From: a virus
Direction: 5' to 3' (one strand)
Virus record (IMG/VR): IMGVR_UViG_3300009509_000010
Coordinates: 1 to 64,000 of that record
DNA length: 64,000 nt
Shown here: in pieces, positions 1 to 8,293 of the stretch
Layout: each line of letters begins with the position of its first letter
Numbering within the stretch: the stretch's first letter is position 1
Position numbers and translations under genes: made by a program
Notes under the pieces: model-generated
Told to the model about the DNA's origin: nothing
Seen by the model: the letters and a program-made list of their open reading frames with translations, nothing else
Database searches by the model: none

Positions 1-192
1 GGTCGACCCACGTCGAGGCCAACCGTCGGAGGTCGACCCACGTCGAGGCCAACCGTCGGAGGTCGACCCACGTCGAGGCCAACCGTCGGAGGTCGACCCA
101 CGTCGAGGCCAACCGTCGGAGGTCGACCCACGTCGAGGCCAACCGTCGGAGGTCGGCCCACGTCGAGGCCAACCGTCGGAGGTCGACCCACG
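1..192. repeat. 30-bp tandem repeat (GGTCGACCCACGTCGAGGCCAACCGTCGGA) x6 plus a partial copy, truncated by the window start
   Basis: Six consecutive 30-bp units, identical except one A>G in unit 6, then a 12-bp partial unit; no spacers. Confidence 0.97.
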
Positions 193-315
193 GAAGTTCA
201 GGGAGGTGCAAGGAGGTGCACCTTGTGGGATTGCAGGAACCCACGATCGTCAAACCGGGGTATCCAATGGATTGCAAAAAACGCAAAGCTGGGGTGTGCA
301 GTGGTTGCACTCGGC

Positions 316-723
316 CTAGGCGGCGTGCACCTCTTGGAGGCCCACCGCCTCGACAAAAGCGGCCACGTTTTCGGTCATGGGCCGGGCGGTAACCCAAAGG
401 TTGCCCAATGTGTCAATCAAGGCTCGCAACGCGGCCGAGATATTCGGTTCACCCCTTGGAGCTCCCCAAGCCCACAAGGCCCTCGTTTTGGCCGAGCGGG
501 TATAGGGGCTAATCCGGACATATGAGGAGTATACCCTAACGCCGTTCCAGGTTTTTGGCCTGTTATCCCGGGCGGGTAACGGCCCTAGGTGTTTTGGGTC
601 ACCGGTACACTCGAGCAGCATGGCCAAGAGCAACTGGCAAGCGTCGTCAACGGAGCTCACCCCTTGGGCTCGGCCCCAATTAAGCAGCATTTGATGTTGA
701 GCGTCTGTTAATCTCACGACCAT
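316..723 (-). CDS. Small divergent putative DNA-binding regulator (possible tandem ribbon-helix-helix)
   Basis: Only credible minus-strand gene. ATG at 723 (MVVRLTDAQHQMLLNW...) gives a strand-helix-helix pattern; a second unit VRISPY...NISAALRALID follows. Divergent from the replication operon. Confidence 0.5.
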   Translation of the reverse strand: MVVRLTDAQHQMLLNWGRAQGVSSVDDACQLLLAMLLECTGDPKHLGPLPARDNRPKTWNGVRVYSSYVRISPYTRSAKTRALWAWGAPRGEPNISAALRALIDTLGNLWVTARPMTENVAAFVEAVGLQEVHAA

Positions 724-760
724 GGCGTGGATATAGACAAGGTAAGGGGAAAAAGTCAAG

Positions 761-1000
761 CCTGGCACACTGGCACACAACCTATACCTTTATGGTGACC
801 AACATATATGCAGTGGTTGCAACAACTCATGGAGCTTGCAACAACCTACAACAACCTACAACAGCTGATATCAACCTCTGCATATATGTTAAAATATATA
901 AGAGTAAGGAACTAAGAGCCAGGTGTGCCACCTGTGACAATGAATCACACATAATACCACAAAAGCATAAGGTTGTCACGGGGTGGCACACCTTTTTAGG
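761..1000. promoter_or_regulatory. AT-rich divergent control region / candidate origin with two long inverted repeats and short direct repeats
   Basis: IR 801-819/872-890 (AACATATATGCAGWGGTTG); IR 921-940/973-993 (AGGTGTGCCACC..GTGACAA); TGGCACAC x2 at 763/771; ACAACCTACA x2 at 841/851. Confidence 0.6.
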
Positions 1001-1080
1001 CATCAACTAACGCTTCTTGCTCCTATGTCTGTGGTTGCGCTACAAATTGCATCGTCGCTCAATTTCTCGGGGGCGCGTGA

Positions 1081-3555
1081 GTGCAACGGAACGTTACGTT
1101 ATCCGTATGGTCTAGTCCTATGGCCACAAGGGGCAACCTCGTTTGTGCCCCGTGGTCGGATTGGGTCAATTTGTTGTCAAACCATGTGCGGCGTCGAGAC
1201 AAGATCGGGCCGGGGTACGCTTGCGGGGTGATCCCCGAGGGCAAGCCTAGGCGTCAAGAACACGTCGAGGCCGCCGATATGGTTTGCCTTGATATAGACA
1301 AGGGGACCGACGATCAGGTTTGCCAGATAATTCAAGCGTTTAGGCCCTACGATTTCGCCCTTTATACAACCTTTACGCATGCTTATTACAAATTAGGCAC
1401 CAAGGACACCCCGGCGGGGCCGGGGGATACCAGACAAAGCAAGCTGCGGGTCCTCCTCCCTTTTGCCAGGCGGGTGACCCCCGAGGAATACTCTCGGATC
1501 TGGCCCGTGGTGATGCGGCTGGCAAGGCACCCGATCGACGGGTGCATCCAAACCCTAAACCAAGTCTATTTCCTCCCCTCGGCCATGCCGGGGGCCCCGG
1601 TATTGGCCCAAGCCAACCAAACCGGCCGGTGGCTCGATCCCGACACCCTTTTGGAGCTCGCCGAGGCCCCCACCGAACCCACCGCCCCCACCGAACCCAC
1701 CGCCCCCTTGCCCTCCGAGGAGGTGCTCGATCAGGTGGACGCGATCGTGCGCAAGCTTGCAAAAATGCTGAGATCGCACCCTCTCAAGGCGGCGGCCAAC
1801 GCCTTGATCAACGGGCAATCCCTCGACTTTGGGGATGGCCGACATGACACGATCTTGCGGCTCACCGGGTGGCTTGCGTTCAAGACCGAGGCGGATCCCT
1901 TGGCCCCCGAGGTGGTCGAGGCTTTGTTTTCCAAATCGGTGGAAACCATGCGGCGGGAAAAGCCGGGCGACATGGCCGGGGTGACAACCGAGGCCGCGGT
2001 GAGGGCCTACGAGACCGCGATCACCAAGGCCGTCACCGCCAAACAAAAGGAGCGGGTCGAGGCCCAAGCAAAATACGCGGGCCCCCGGTCACCGGAATGG
2101 CCCCCCGAGGCGATCGAGCGGTGTGCGCAGCTTCAAGAGAGCACCCCCGACGAGCTCGCCTATATTATCCAGCGGGACCGATCCCACTACATTTTGCAGC
2201 CGTCCGGATACTTTTCGGGGCCGTTTACAAAAGAGGACGCGATCGTCGAGATCACCCAAGCCCTAGGCAAGTCGCCGATCAGCCTATACGAGACCAAGGG
2301 CGACGGGTTTAGACCTCGGAGCTTTTCCGAGATTGTCAGACACTACGGCGAGATCGCCCAAGAGGTGGTGGCCGACCTCGCAACGCAACGCAGCTTTTAC
2401 GATCGCCCTACCCGGACAATTCACGAGGCCGTTTGCCCTCTCAAGGCGAGGACCCCGGCCTATGATTCCAATATCGATCAATATATCCGCCTTTTTGCGG
2501 GGACCGAGGCCAACTATAACAAGCTCCTCGATTGGATGGCCTGCTGTCCCGACCTCACAAAAATGTTGTGCGCCCTAACAATCAAGTCGGACCCCGGGAC
2601 GGGCAAAACCTTGTTTGCCCAAGGGCTCGCCTCCTTGTGGTCCAAGGGCGGAGCCCCCGCAAGTCCCGAGGTGATCTTGGGCAACTTCAACGAGGACCTG
2701 ACACGTTGCCCCCTTGTTTTCGCCGATGAAAAATTGCCCAAGTCCTACCGGTGGGATTCGGTGACCGCAAAGCTACGGGCCGAGATCGCAAGCTTAGTCC
2801 GGACCCTCAACCGAAAGTATTACTCACCGGTAGGCCTACATGGATCCTTGCGCTTCATTCTCGCGACCAACAACCCGATGATCCTTGCCTCGAATATTTC
2901 GACCTCGGCCGATTTGCATGCGGTGGCGGTTCGGTTTCTCTATATCGAGCCCGATCCCGAGGCCGAAAAATACCTCCTCCGGTTTGACTTCGAGACAAAG
3001 GACCGCTGGCGAACCGACGGGATCGCAAGTCACGCGCTTTGGCTCCAACAAAACCGCGAGGTAGTGCCCACCGGGCGGTTTTGGGTTACGGGCGATATCG
3101 ACAAAATGCACCGCCTCTTGGTGACCTCGAGCGATTGGAACAGTTGGATCTGTGAGTGGGCGGTTAAAGGCCTGCTCGACGGGTACCGCAAGATCGAGCA
3201 AAACCAAGAAACGGTCGGCCGGGTGGTGGTGCAGGATGGCAAGCTCTACATAAACACCAACGCGATCACCGACGGGTGGCAACTTTACACCAACTATCCC
3301 CACGTGGCGCCCGACCCCCGGCGGATTGCCACCGCCCTACGGTCGATCGCGAGTGACCCCAAGCCGGTCCAAGTCCGGACCCATGGCACCCGGTATCGAT
3401 ATTTCGAAATTGACCTCGGGCACCTAATCGCGTGGGCCGACGAAAAAGGGATCAGCTCCGAGGCCGATATTCATTTAGCGATTGCCCGAGGCCCGGCGGA
3501 GCTCCCCAAGGTGATCGATTTCAACGCTAAGCTAAAAGGAAATGAATACCAATGA
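1081..3555 (+). CDS. Primase-helicase: N-terminal AEP primase-polymerase-like domain plus C-terminal SF3 (D5/DUF5906-like) helicase
   Basis: CLDID, YTTFTH and KLRVLLPF AEP-type motifs; Walker A PGTGKT, Walker B VFADE, motif C ILATNN. Confidence 0.85.
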   Translation: MQRNVTLSVWSSPMATRGNLVCAPWSDWVNLLSNHVRRRDKIGPGYACGVIPEGKPRRQEHVEAADMVCLDIDKGTDDQVCQIIQAFRPYDFALYTTFTHAYYKLGTKDTPAGPGDTRQSKLRVLLPFARRVTPEEYSRIWPVVMRLARHPIDGCIQTLNQVYFLPSAMPGAPVLAQANQTGRWLDPDTLLELAEAPTEPTAPTEPTAPLPSEEVLDQVDAIVRKLAKMLRSHPLKAAANALINGQSLDFGDGRHDTILRLTGWLAFKTEADPLAPEVVEALFSKSVETMRREKPGDMAGVTTEAAVRAYETAITKAVTAKQKERVEAQAKYAGPRSPEWPPEAIERCAQLQESTPDELAYIIQRDRSHYILQPSGYFSGPFTKEDAIVEITQALGKSPISLYETKGDGFRPRSFSEIVRHYGEIAQEVVADLATQRSFYDRPTRTIHEAVCPLKARTPAYDSNIDQYIRLFAGTEANYNKLLDWMACCPDLTKMLCALTIKSDPGTGKTLFAQGLASLWSKGGAPASPEVILGNFNEDLTRCPLVFADEKLPKSYRWDSVTAKLRAEIASLVRTLNRKYYSPVGLHGSLRFILATNNPMILASNISTSADLHAVAVRFLYIEPDPEAEKYLLRFDFETKDRWRTDGIASHALWLQQNREVVPTGRFWVTGDIDKMHRLLVTSSDWNSWICEWAVKGLLDGYRKIEQNQETVGRVVVQDGKLYINTNAITDGWQLYTNYPHVAPDPRRIATALRSIASDPKPVQVRTHGTRYRYFEIDLGHLIAWADEKGISSEADIHLAIARGPAELPKVIDFNAKLKGNEYQ
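1666..1707 (+). repeat. 18-bp in-frame tandem repeat (PTEPTA linker) in the primase-helicase
   Basis: GCCCCCACCGAACCCACC x2 plus GCCCCC. Confidence 0.85.
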
Positions 3556-4163
3556 TACTAGTTAGCCAATCGTATGAGATATTGACCCCGATCGACGGTG
3601 ACCGGATCCTAAAATCAATCGAGCGGGCCGGTCGGACGTGTTACAAGTCCGAGGACAAGATCACCGAACACTCGGCCAAAAAATTCGTCGCGATGATCTT
3701 GGCCCGTGGCCACGAGTCGGTGATTGAGCATGAATCGATCTCGGTAAAATTCACAACCGATCGCGGGGTGTCCCATGAGATCGTGCGCCACCGTCTCGCG
3801 TCATACTCCCAAGAGTCAACGCGCTATTGCCGATACGAGGGCGAGATCCAGGTTATTGGCCCCCCGGGGCTCAACGAGGAGACTCGCGAAGTATGGCTCC
3901 AGGCCATAGGCGTGGCCCAAGGAGCCTATCAACGACTTTTGGACTATGGCGTTACACCTGAGATCGCGCGGTCGGTTTTGCCGAATGCCCTCAAAACCGA
4001 GATTGTCATGACCGCAAACCTTCGGGAGTGGCGGCATTTTTTCAAGCTCCGAACCGCAAACGCCGCACACCCGCAAATGCGCCAGCTAACACGCCCCCTC
4101 CTCGCCGAGCTCCAAGAGAGAATACCGGTGATTTTTGATGGCGTGGGAGATATCGAGAAATGA
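3552..4163 (+). CDS. thyX: FAD-dependent thymidylate synthase
   Basis: GHESVIEH and RGVSHEIVRHRLASYSQESTRY ThyX signature; NLREWRHFFKLR. Confidence 0.97.
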   Translation: MILVSQSYEILTPIDGDRILKSIERAGRTCYKSEDKITEHSAKKFVAMILARGHESVIEHESISVKFTTDRGVSHEIVRHRLASYSQESTRYCRYEGEIQVIGPPGLNEETREVWLQAIGVAQGAYQRLLDYGVTPEIARSVLPNALKTEIVMTANLREWRHFFKLRTANAAHPQMRQLTRPLLAELQERIPVIFDGVGDIEK

Positions 4164-4675
4164 AGTCTATCCTACCCGTTTTCAACCGCAACATTGCCAC
4201 GTGGCTCCGCCTTTTGGCGGGGTCTGAGGCCTCGCGGGTCGAGCTGCTCGATTGGATGGCCACGGCCCCCGATTTATCCAAGCCCTTGCGGGCCCTCGTA
4301 TTCAACGGGCCGCCGGGGACGGGTAAAACGTTGTTTGCCCAAGGGATGGCCACCCTTTGGGGCCGGGGCGGGACCCCCGAGGACGCCGAGGGGGGCGAGC
4401 AGTGCCCTTTTCTATTCGTGGGCGAGAGCTTCACCCAAATCAAGGGGCTTGAAGCCAAGATCGGGGCCTTGGTGCAATCAAGGACGTGTCGCGTGGTGGT
4501 GGCCACTAACGCCGAGCTCGACCTCCTCAAAACCCGGTTTTTGGTCGTGACCCCCGATCCCAAAGCTGCCGATTTCCTCGGAGCTCAACCAATCGGGTCC
4601 TTGGATGATTGGCGGCGGTCCAAGATCGCGGCCCACGCCATGTACCTACACAAAAACCAAGGGGTGGAGCCGTGA
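4160..4675 (+). CDS. Truncated paralogue of the SF3 helicase domain of the primase-helicase
   Basis: LLDWMATAPDLSKPLRAL...PGTGKTLFAQGMATLW aligns with LLDWMACCPDLTKMLCAL...PGTGKTLFAQGLASLW. Confidence 0.85.
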   Translation: MKSILPVFNRNIATWLRLLAGSEASRVELLDWMATAPDLSKPLRALVFNGPPGTGKTLFAQGMATLWGRGGTPEDAEGGEQCPFLFVGESFTQIKGLEAKIGALVQSRTCRVVVATNAELDLLKTRFLVVTPDPKAADFLGAQPIGSLDDWRRSKIAAHAMYLHKNQGVEP

Positions 4676-4797
4676 TCGTGGTCTTTGCTTTTTGGGCCAC
4701 CACGATCGCGGCGGCGGCCCTTTCGATTGCCTACCCCATGGTGGGGGGTCTCGCGTTGACCGTGGTGGGCCTGATTTATCTTTGGTGTCGAGGGTGA
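4672..4797 (+). CDS. Small hydrophobic membrane protein (41 aa)
   Basis: GTG overlaps the previous stop; product is almost entirely hydrophobic. Confidence 0.55.
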   Translation: MIVVFAFWATTIAAAALSIAYPMVGGLALTVVGLIYLWCRG

Positions 4798-4800
4798 GCC

Positions 4801-5016
4801 ATGACCGAGTTTTTCACCATATCCCGTGACCAAACCGACTACCCAAACCAATTTGTGGTGCGGCGTTACCCAAGCAAAAAAACCGTGGCGGTCTCGTTTA
4901 CGCTCGAGGGGGCCCGGGTGGCCCTCAAAAAACGAGCGCCTTTAGCGGCCCCCCTCACCGGCGGGGTGTTGCCAAACACCGATGGTTGTGAAGTTTGGAG
5001 GGTGGAAAGTGCCTAG
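4801..5016 (+). CDS. Hypothetical protein (paralogue of 7020-7244)
   Basis: TISRDQTDYPNQFVVRR resembles TIYRNPRDYPGQYVARR. Confidence 0.6.
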   Translation: MTEFFTISRDQTDYPNQFVVRRYPSKKTVAVSFTLEGARVALKKRAPLAAPLTGGVLPNTDGCEVWRVESA

Positions 5017-5040
5017 AAAACACGATCGATCCATAGCCAA

Positions 5041-5061
5041 GCCCGCCCCTACGGGGCGGGC
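5041..5061. other. GC-rich hairpin between 19-bp direct repeats
   Basis: GCCCGCCCC-TAC-GGGGCGGGC perfect 9-bp stem; TGCCTAGAAAACACGATCG at 5010-5028 and 5074-5092. Confidence 0.7.
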
Positions 5062-5072
5062 GGGGGGATTGT

Positions 5073-5552
5073 ATGCCTAGAAAACACGATCGCTGCTCGG
5101 GCCATTGTTGCGAGCGGTTCACCTTGCCCCTATCCCCCGAGGAGCTCGCGGCCGGTTATCAGCGGTGGCTCGGGCGAGACAGCCAAGCCCTCACAATGAA
5201 CAAGGCTGAAATCGCGCCGCTTTATCAGGATATCTATTTGATTGCCCCCATGGTGGTCTACCTCGGGCACACCAACAAACACCCCCCAAAGGTCAACCCA
5301 ACCGACGCCGAGCTTTTGGGCAACCCCGAGGAGCAGGGCCATTATTACCGGTGCAAACACCTCGACCCCAAAACGCGGGATTGCACGATCTACGAGATCC
5401 GGCCCGCAATGTGTCGGGGTTACCCCTATAACAACGAGTGCAATTATGCGCGATGTACTTGGAAAAGCCGCAAGGCCAAAAAGCAGACCTCGGCCCAATT
5501 GCGCAAGCGCAAGCGGGCGTTGACGGCCGAGGTCGAGGAGCCGAGAAAATGA
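5073..5552 (+). CDS. YkgJ-family (CxxCxxCC-like) Fe-S/Zn-chelating protein
   Basis: CSGHCC ... CKHLDPKTRDCTIYEIRPAMCRGYPY signature. Confidence 0.85.
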   Translation: MPRKHDRCSGHCCERFTLPLSPEELAAGYQRWLGRDSQALTMNKAEIAPLYQDIYLIAPMVVYLGHTNKHPPKVNPTDAELLGNPEEQGHYYRCKHLDPKTRDCTIYEIRPAMCRGYPYNNECNYARCTWKSRKAKKQTSAQLRKRKRALTAEVEEPRK

Positions 5553-5941
5553 GATCTGATAATAAAACTAGGTTTATGAGCCGGTGCGTTCACTACAAGG
5601 GCCCATGGGACGCCACCAATTGCGCCGCGGGGGTGGAGCGTGCCACCATGTTAGATACCTCCCGAATCCCACCGCGGCGGGTCTGTGATTCACCTGACAC
5701 CACGATTGCTTGTGACAAAAAACAACTCCCCACCGAGGACGATTGGCATGCCAAGCAAGAACGAGACCTCGCGGCCTTGGGTCGTATGGCGGCGATCCGG
5801 TTGGCGATATTTGCCACCGGTGAGACCCAAGGATCGCTAGATTGCCCCTGTTGCAACGGCCGGGTGGGTTTTTCGATTGCAGGCAACGGCCACGTGGCCG
5901 CGGCATGCTCAACCCCGGGGTGTGCAAAATGGATCGAGTAG
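5549..5941 (+). CDS. Cys-rich hypothetical protein
   Basis: ATGA overlap with the previous gene; CVHY, CPCC and HVAAACSTPGC motifs. Confidence 0.65.
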   Translation: MRSDNKTRFMSRCVHYKGPWDATNCAAGVERATMLDTSRIPPRRVCDSPDTTIACDKKQLPTEDDWHAKQERDLAALGRMAAIRLAIFATGETQGSLDCPCCNGRVGFSIAGNGHVAAACSTPGCAKWIE

Positions 5942-6108
5942 AACCCAAGGGCCTAGTGGTCAACGAACGTTGCGACGTGTGCGGCGCGTTTGTGCCCGTG
6001 GTCCAAACCTATTTTTGCATTTGTGGGGTGGTAGTGTGTGGCGATTGTTGGAATCATGACGCCCACATGTGTGTTGATTGTGAATTTGAAAAGGATAAAC
6101 CAAAATGA
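5929..6108 (+). CDS. Small zinc-finger protein
   Basis: CDVC...CIC...CGDC...H..CVDC. Confidence 0.6.
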   Translation: MDRVEPKGLVVNERCDVCGAFVPVVQTYFCICGVVVCGDCWNHDAHMCVDCEFEKDKPK

Positions 6109-6440
6109 ATTGGCATGTGCATTGCAACCTTATAAGAATCTCGCGCCGCGGTTTTCCGCGGCGGGCAATCACGCAATGGCGCCCCAATGCCCCCGAGGCG
6201 GAGCTCCTCGAAAAAATGCCGGTGATTTTTTCCCGGTGTCCCAACTGTGGGGAGGCCCCGTTTGTGCCCTATGTGCGGGGTAAAGTGCAACGCTTGGTTT
6301 GGCCCAACTTCCTATCGTGGTTTTGGGACACCTTGCGGGGCCGGCGGTGGCCTAATTGTGCTTTGATCTGTCGATCGTGTTCCCACCTCGTGGCGTGGGA
6401 GCGGGTCGCAAACGATATCGAGGTGGCAACCAATGACTGA
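6105..6440 (+). CDS. Zinc-ribbon hypothetical protein
   Basis: CPNC ... CRSC; coupled start/stop overlaps. Confidence 0.55.
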   Translation: MNWHVHCNLIRISRRGFPRRAITQWRPNAPEAELLEKMPVIFSRCPNCGEAPFVPYVRGKVQRLVWPNFLSWFWDTLRGRRWPNCALICRSCSHLVAWERVANDIEVATND

Positions 6441-6744
6441 GACTCGAGACCTAAACGAGCAGCTTGACCATCTTCGCAAGGTACACTCGGCCATGGCGCG
6501 AAACGCCACCGCCGAGACCATGATCGGGGTCAGTTGGATCCTAATCGATTACATGCTTTGGACGATAGACCATAGGCAAGCGCCGGTGGACCCATACAGA
6601 CCAAAAACAAAACCCTTTGAGCGAGGACAGCTTTACTCGGTGATCAGTCAATCGGGTAGCGGGTCGGCTGTGGACTTGTTGGGGGATGTTTTACGAGACC
6701 TTGACCAAGCCGAGGCCAAGATCCGGGAGGTGGGCCTTGACTAA
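6433..6744 (+). CDS. Hypothetical protein (tandem paralogue A1)
   Basis: SD GAGG; shares PYxPKTxP and LxGDxxxDLDQAE with the next gene. Confidence 0.65.
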   Translation: MTETRDLNEQLDHLRKVHSAMARNATAETMIGVSWILIDYMLWTIDHRQAPVDPYRPKTKPFERGQLYSVISQSGSGSAVDLLGDVLRDLDQAEAKIREVGLD

Positions 6745-7054
6745 CCAAAATGACCTCGAAAAAGAGATCGAATATCTGCGGGCGTGGTGCAAGGTAAACG
6801 CCCACGATCAAGTTATTCGGACCTCGATCAACCGGCCGGTGGTTGAGGTTCTCTTGGGGGCCTTAAACGCTGAGCCCTACGAGCCAAAGACCACACCGGC
6901 CCAACGGGCCGAGGTGTTGCGGGAAATGGGCCGCCATGTTCAAGGATACGTTTTGAAGTTGTTCGGCGATATCGTTGACGATCTCGATCAAGCTGAAAGG
7001 TGCTTACAAGGTAGACCAAATGAATGCTTACACGATATACCGAAACCCACGTGA
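6737..7054 (+). CDS. Hypothetical protein (tandem paralogue A2)
   Basis: GGAGGT SD then TTG start; PYEPKTTP and LFGDIVDDLDQAE. Confidence 0.6.
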   Translation: MTNQNDLEKEIEYLRAWCKVNAHDQVIRTSINRPVVEVLLGALNAEPYEPKTTPAQRAEVLREMGRHVQGYVLKLFGDIVDDLDQAERCLQGRPNECLHDIPKPT

Positions 7055-7244
7055 CTACCCGGGCCAATACGTGGCCCGCCGGTGGGTGGTTTACGAAGAC
7101 CGGATCGAGCCCGATCATGAACCGCTCGAGGTTTCGCCAGAGCTCTACGTCGTGCGGCAAGCGATCTTTGCGGTGACTCCTGACGTTATTTGTTTACGGC
7201 GAAGCCCGAACGACGATCCCGCGGTGTATGAAACATGGATATAG
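7020..7244 (+). CDS. Hypothetical protein (paralogue of 4801-5016)
   Basis: YTIYRNPRDYPGQYVARRW...DDPAVYETWI. Confidence 0.65.
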   Translation: MNAYTIYRNPRDYPGQYVARRWVVYEDRIEPDHEPLEVSPELYVVRQAIFAVTPDVICLRRSPNDDPAVYETWI

Positions 7245-7516
7245 ACGATCAACAATTCATCGTGATCCCACAACCGACCCTCGAATGGTTGGCCGGTTGT
7301 GAGCTGATCGAGCGGTACGCCAAGGCGTCTGTAGCTATGGCGGCGGTGTCCTCGTATCGAGATCTTTGGTTCAACCGGCGGCGGTTCGAGATTGATTTGG
7401 CCGACGAATTGGTGATCCGCGATCAACTCGGTTGGTGTTGGTATGCGGTGATAGACCTAGTCCTAAAAGACCTCCGAGCTCAGTTGATTGAAGCTATGAG
7501 GAAAAGCAATGGATGA
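7235..7516 (+). CDS. Hypothetical protein
   Basis: Tightly packed in the operon with overlapping start/stop. Confidence 0.55.
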   Translation: MDIDDQQFIVIPQPTLEWLAGCELIERYAKASVAMAAVSSYRDLWFNRRRFEIDLADELVIRDQLGWCWYAVIDLVLKDLRAQLIEAMRKSNG

Positions 7517-7763
7517 TACTTATTACAACCAAAACAGTCTAAGGCTTGCGAGGTGCCCGGGGCCTCACCAATTCAAACTCAATTGCCCCTATACCGACCG
7601 TTGCGAGGTTTGTGGTGGGGTGGTGTTGCGCCCTTGGGTCGAGGCCTACAATCAAGGGCTCGAGCATGGCCGAACCGCTCCTCAACATTGCCCCGGATGT
7701 GAGGCCGAGAATACTCTCGAACCAAACGGGAGCGGCGGCGTGCGGTGCGTCGCTTGCGATTGA
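7509..7763 (+). CDS. Cys-rich zinc-binding protein (tandem paralogue B1)
   Basis: CPGPHQF, CEVC, HCPGC, CVAC. Confidence 0.6.
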   Translation: MDDTYYNQNSLRLARCPGPHQFKLNCPYTDRCEVCGGVVLRPWVEAYNQGLEHGRTAPQHCPGCEAENTLEPNGSGGVRCVACD

Positions 7764-7775
7764 AAGGGTTAATCC

Positions 7776-8036
7776 GTGTCACCTCGAGACCAACGCAGTC
7801 AAGGCAACGCCGAGCGGCTCGACAGCTGCAACCGGCCCCACACATTTAGGGCCAACGTAGCCAACCTCTATCGGTGGTATTGCACTAAGTGCAAAGGGGA
7901 GGTCTCGGAGGGCGAGGCGATATGGTACACCTTGGGCTTTGAGGACGGGTTGGCCAACCTTGGCCATTGCCCGAGCTGCAAACGGCAGATCCCGATCAAC
8001 GGGATTTGCCCCTATTGCGGCGGGGATGTCGGGTGA
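7776..8036 (+). CDS. Cys-rich zinc-binding protein (tandem paralogue B2)
   Basis: CNRPHTF, CTKC, HCPSC, CPYC. Confidence 0.6.
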   Translation: MSPRDQRSQGNAERLDSCNRPHTFRANVANLYRWYCTKCKGEVSEGEAIWYTLGFEDGLANLGHCPSCKRQIPINGICPYCGGDVG

Positions 8037-8272
8037 TGGTTTTGCAATATCAGCACCCAAAAATCACGTCAAACTGGTTATATATAGCGTATATGGTGAT
8101 TATTGCGGCCGCGGTATTGGTTTTAATTTTTGGAGTGTACCGAAACAACTACACCGATCGGTTTACCCAAGGGTGTCTCGAGTGGTGCCAGTCCCATGGC
8201 GCCTACGATACACCCGAACAATATCTCGATTGTGCGTGGCGTTGCGAACAGGCGGTGGAGCGTAACCGGTGA
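8036..8272 (+). CDS. Small single-pass membrane protein with Cys-rich C-terminus
   Basis: Hydrophobic WLYIAYMVIIAAAVLVLIFGVY, then CxxxC...CxxxC. Confidence 0.6.
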   Translation: MVLQYQHPKITSNWLYIAYMVIIAAAVLVLIFGVYRNNYTDRFTQGCLEWCQSHGAYDTPEQYLDCAWRCEQAVERNR

Positions 8273-8293
8273 TTGAAACCATAAAGGATATGA

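Noticed and set aside
1-192. CRISPR array
   Set aside because: Repeats are contiguous with no unique spacers, and there is no cas operon
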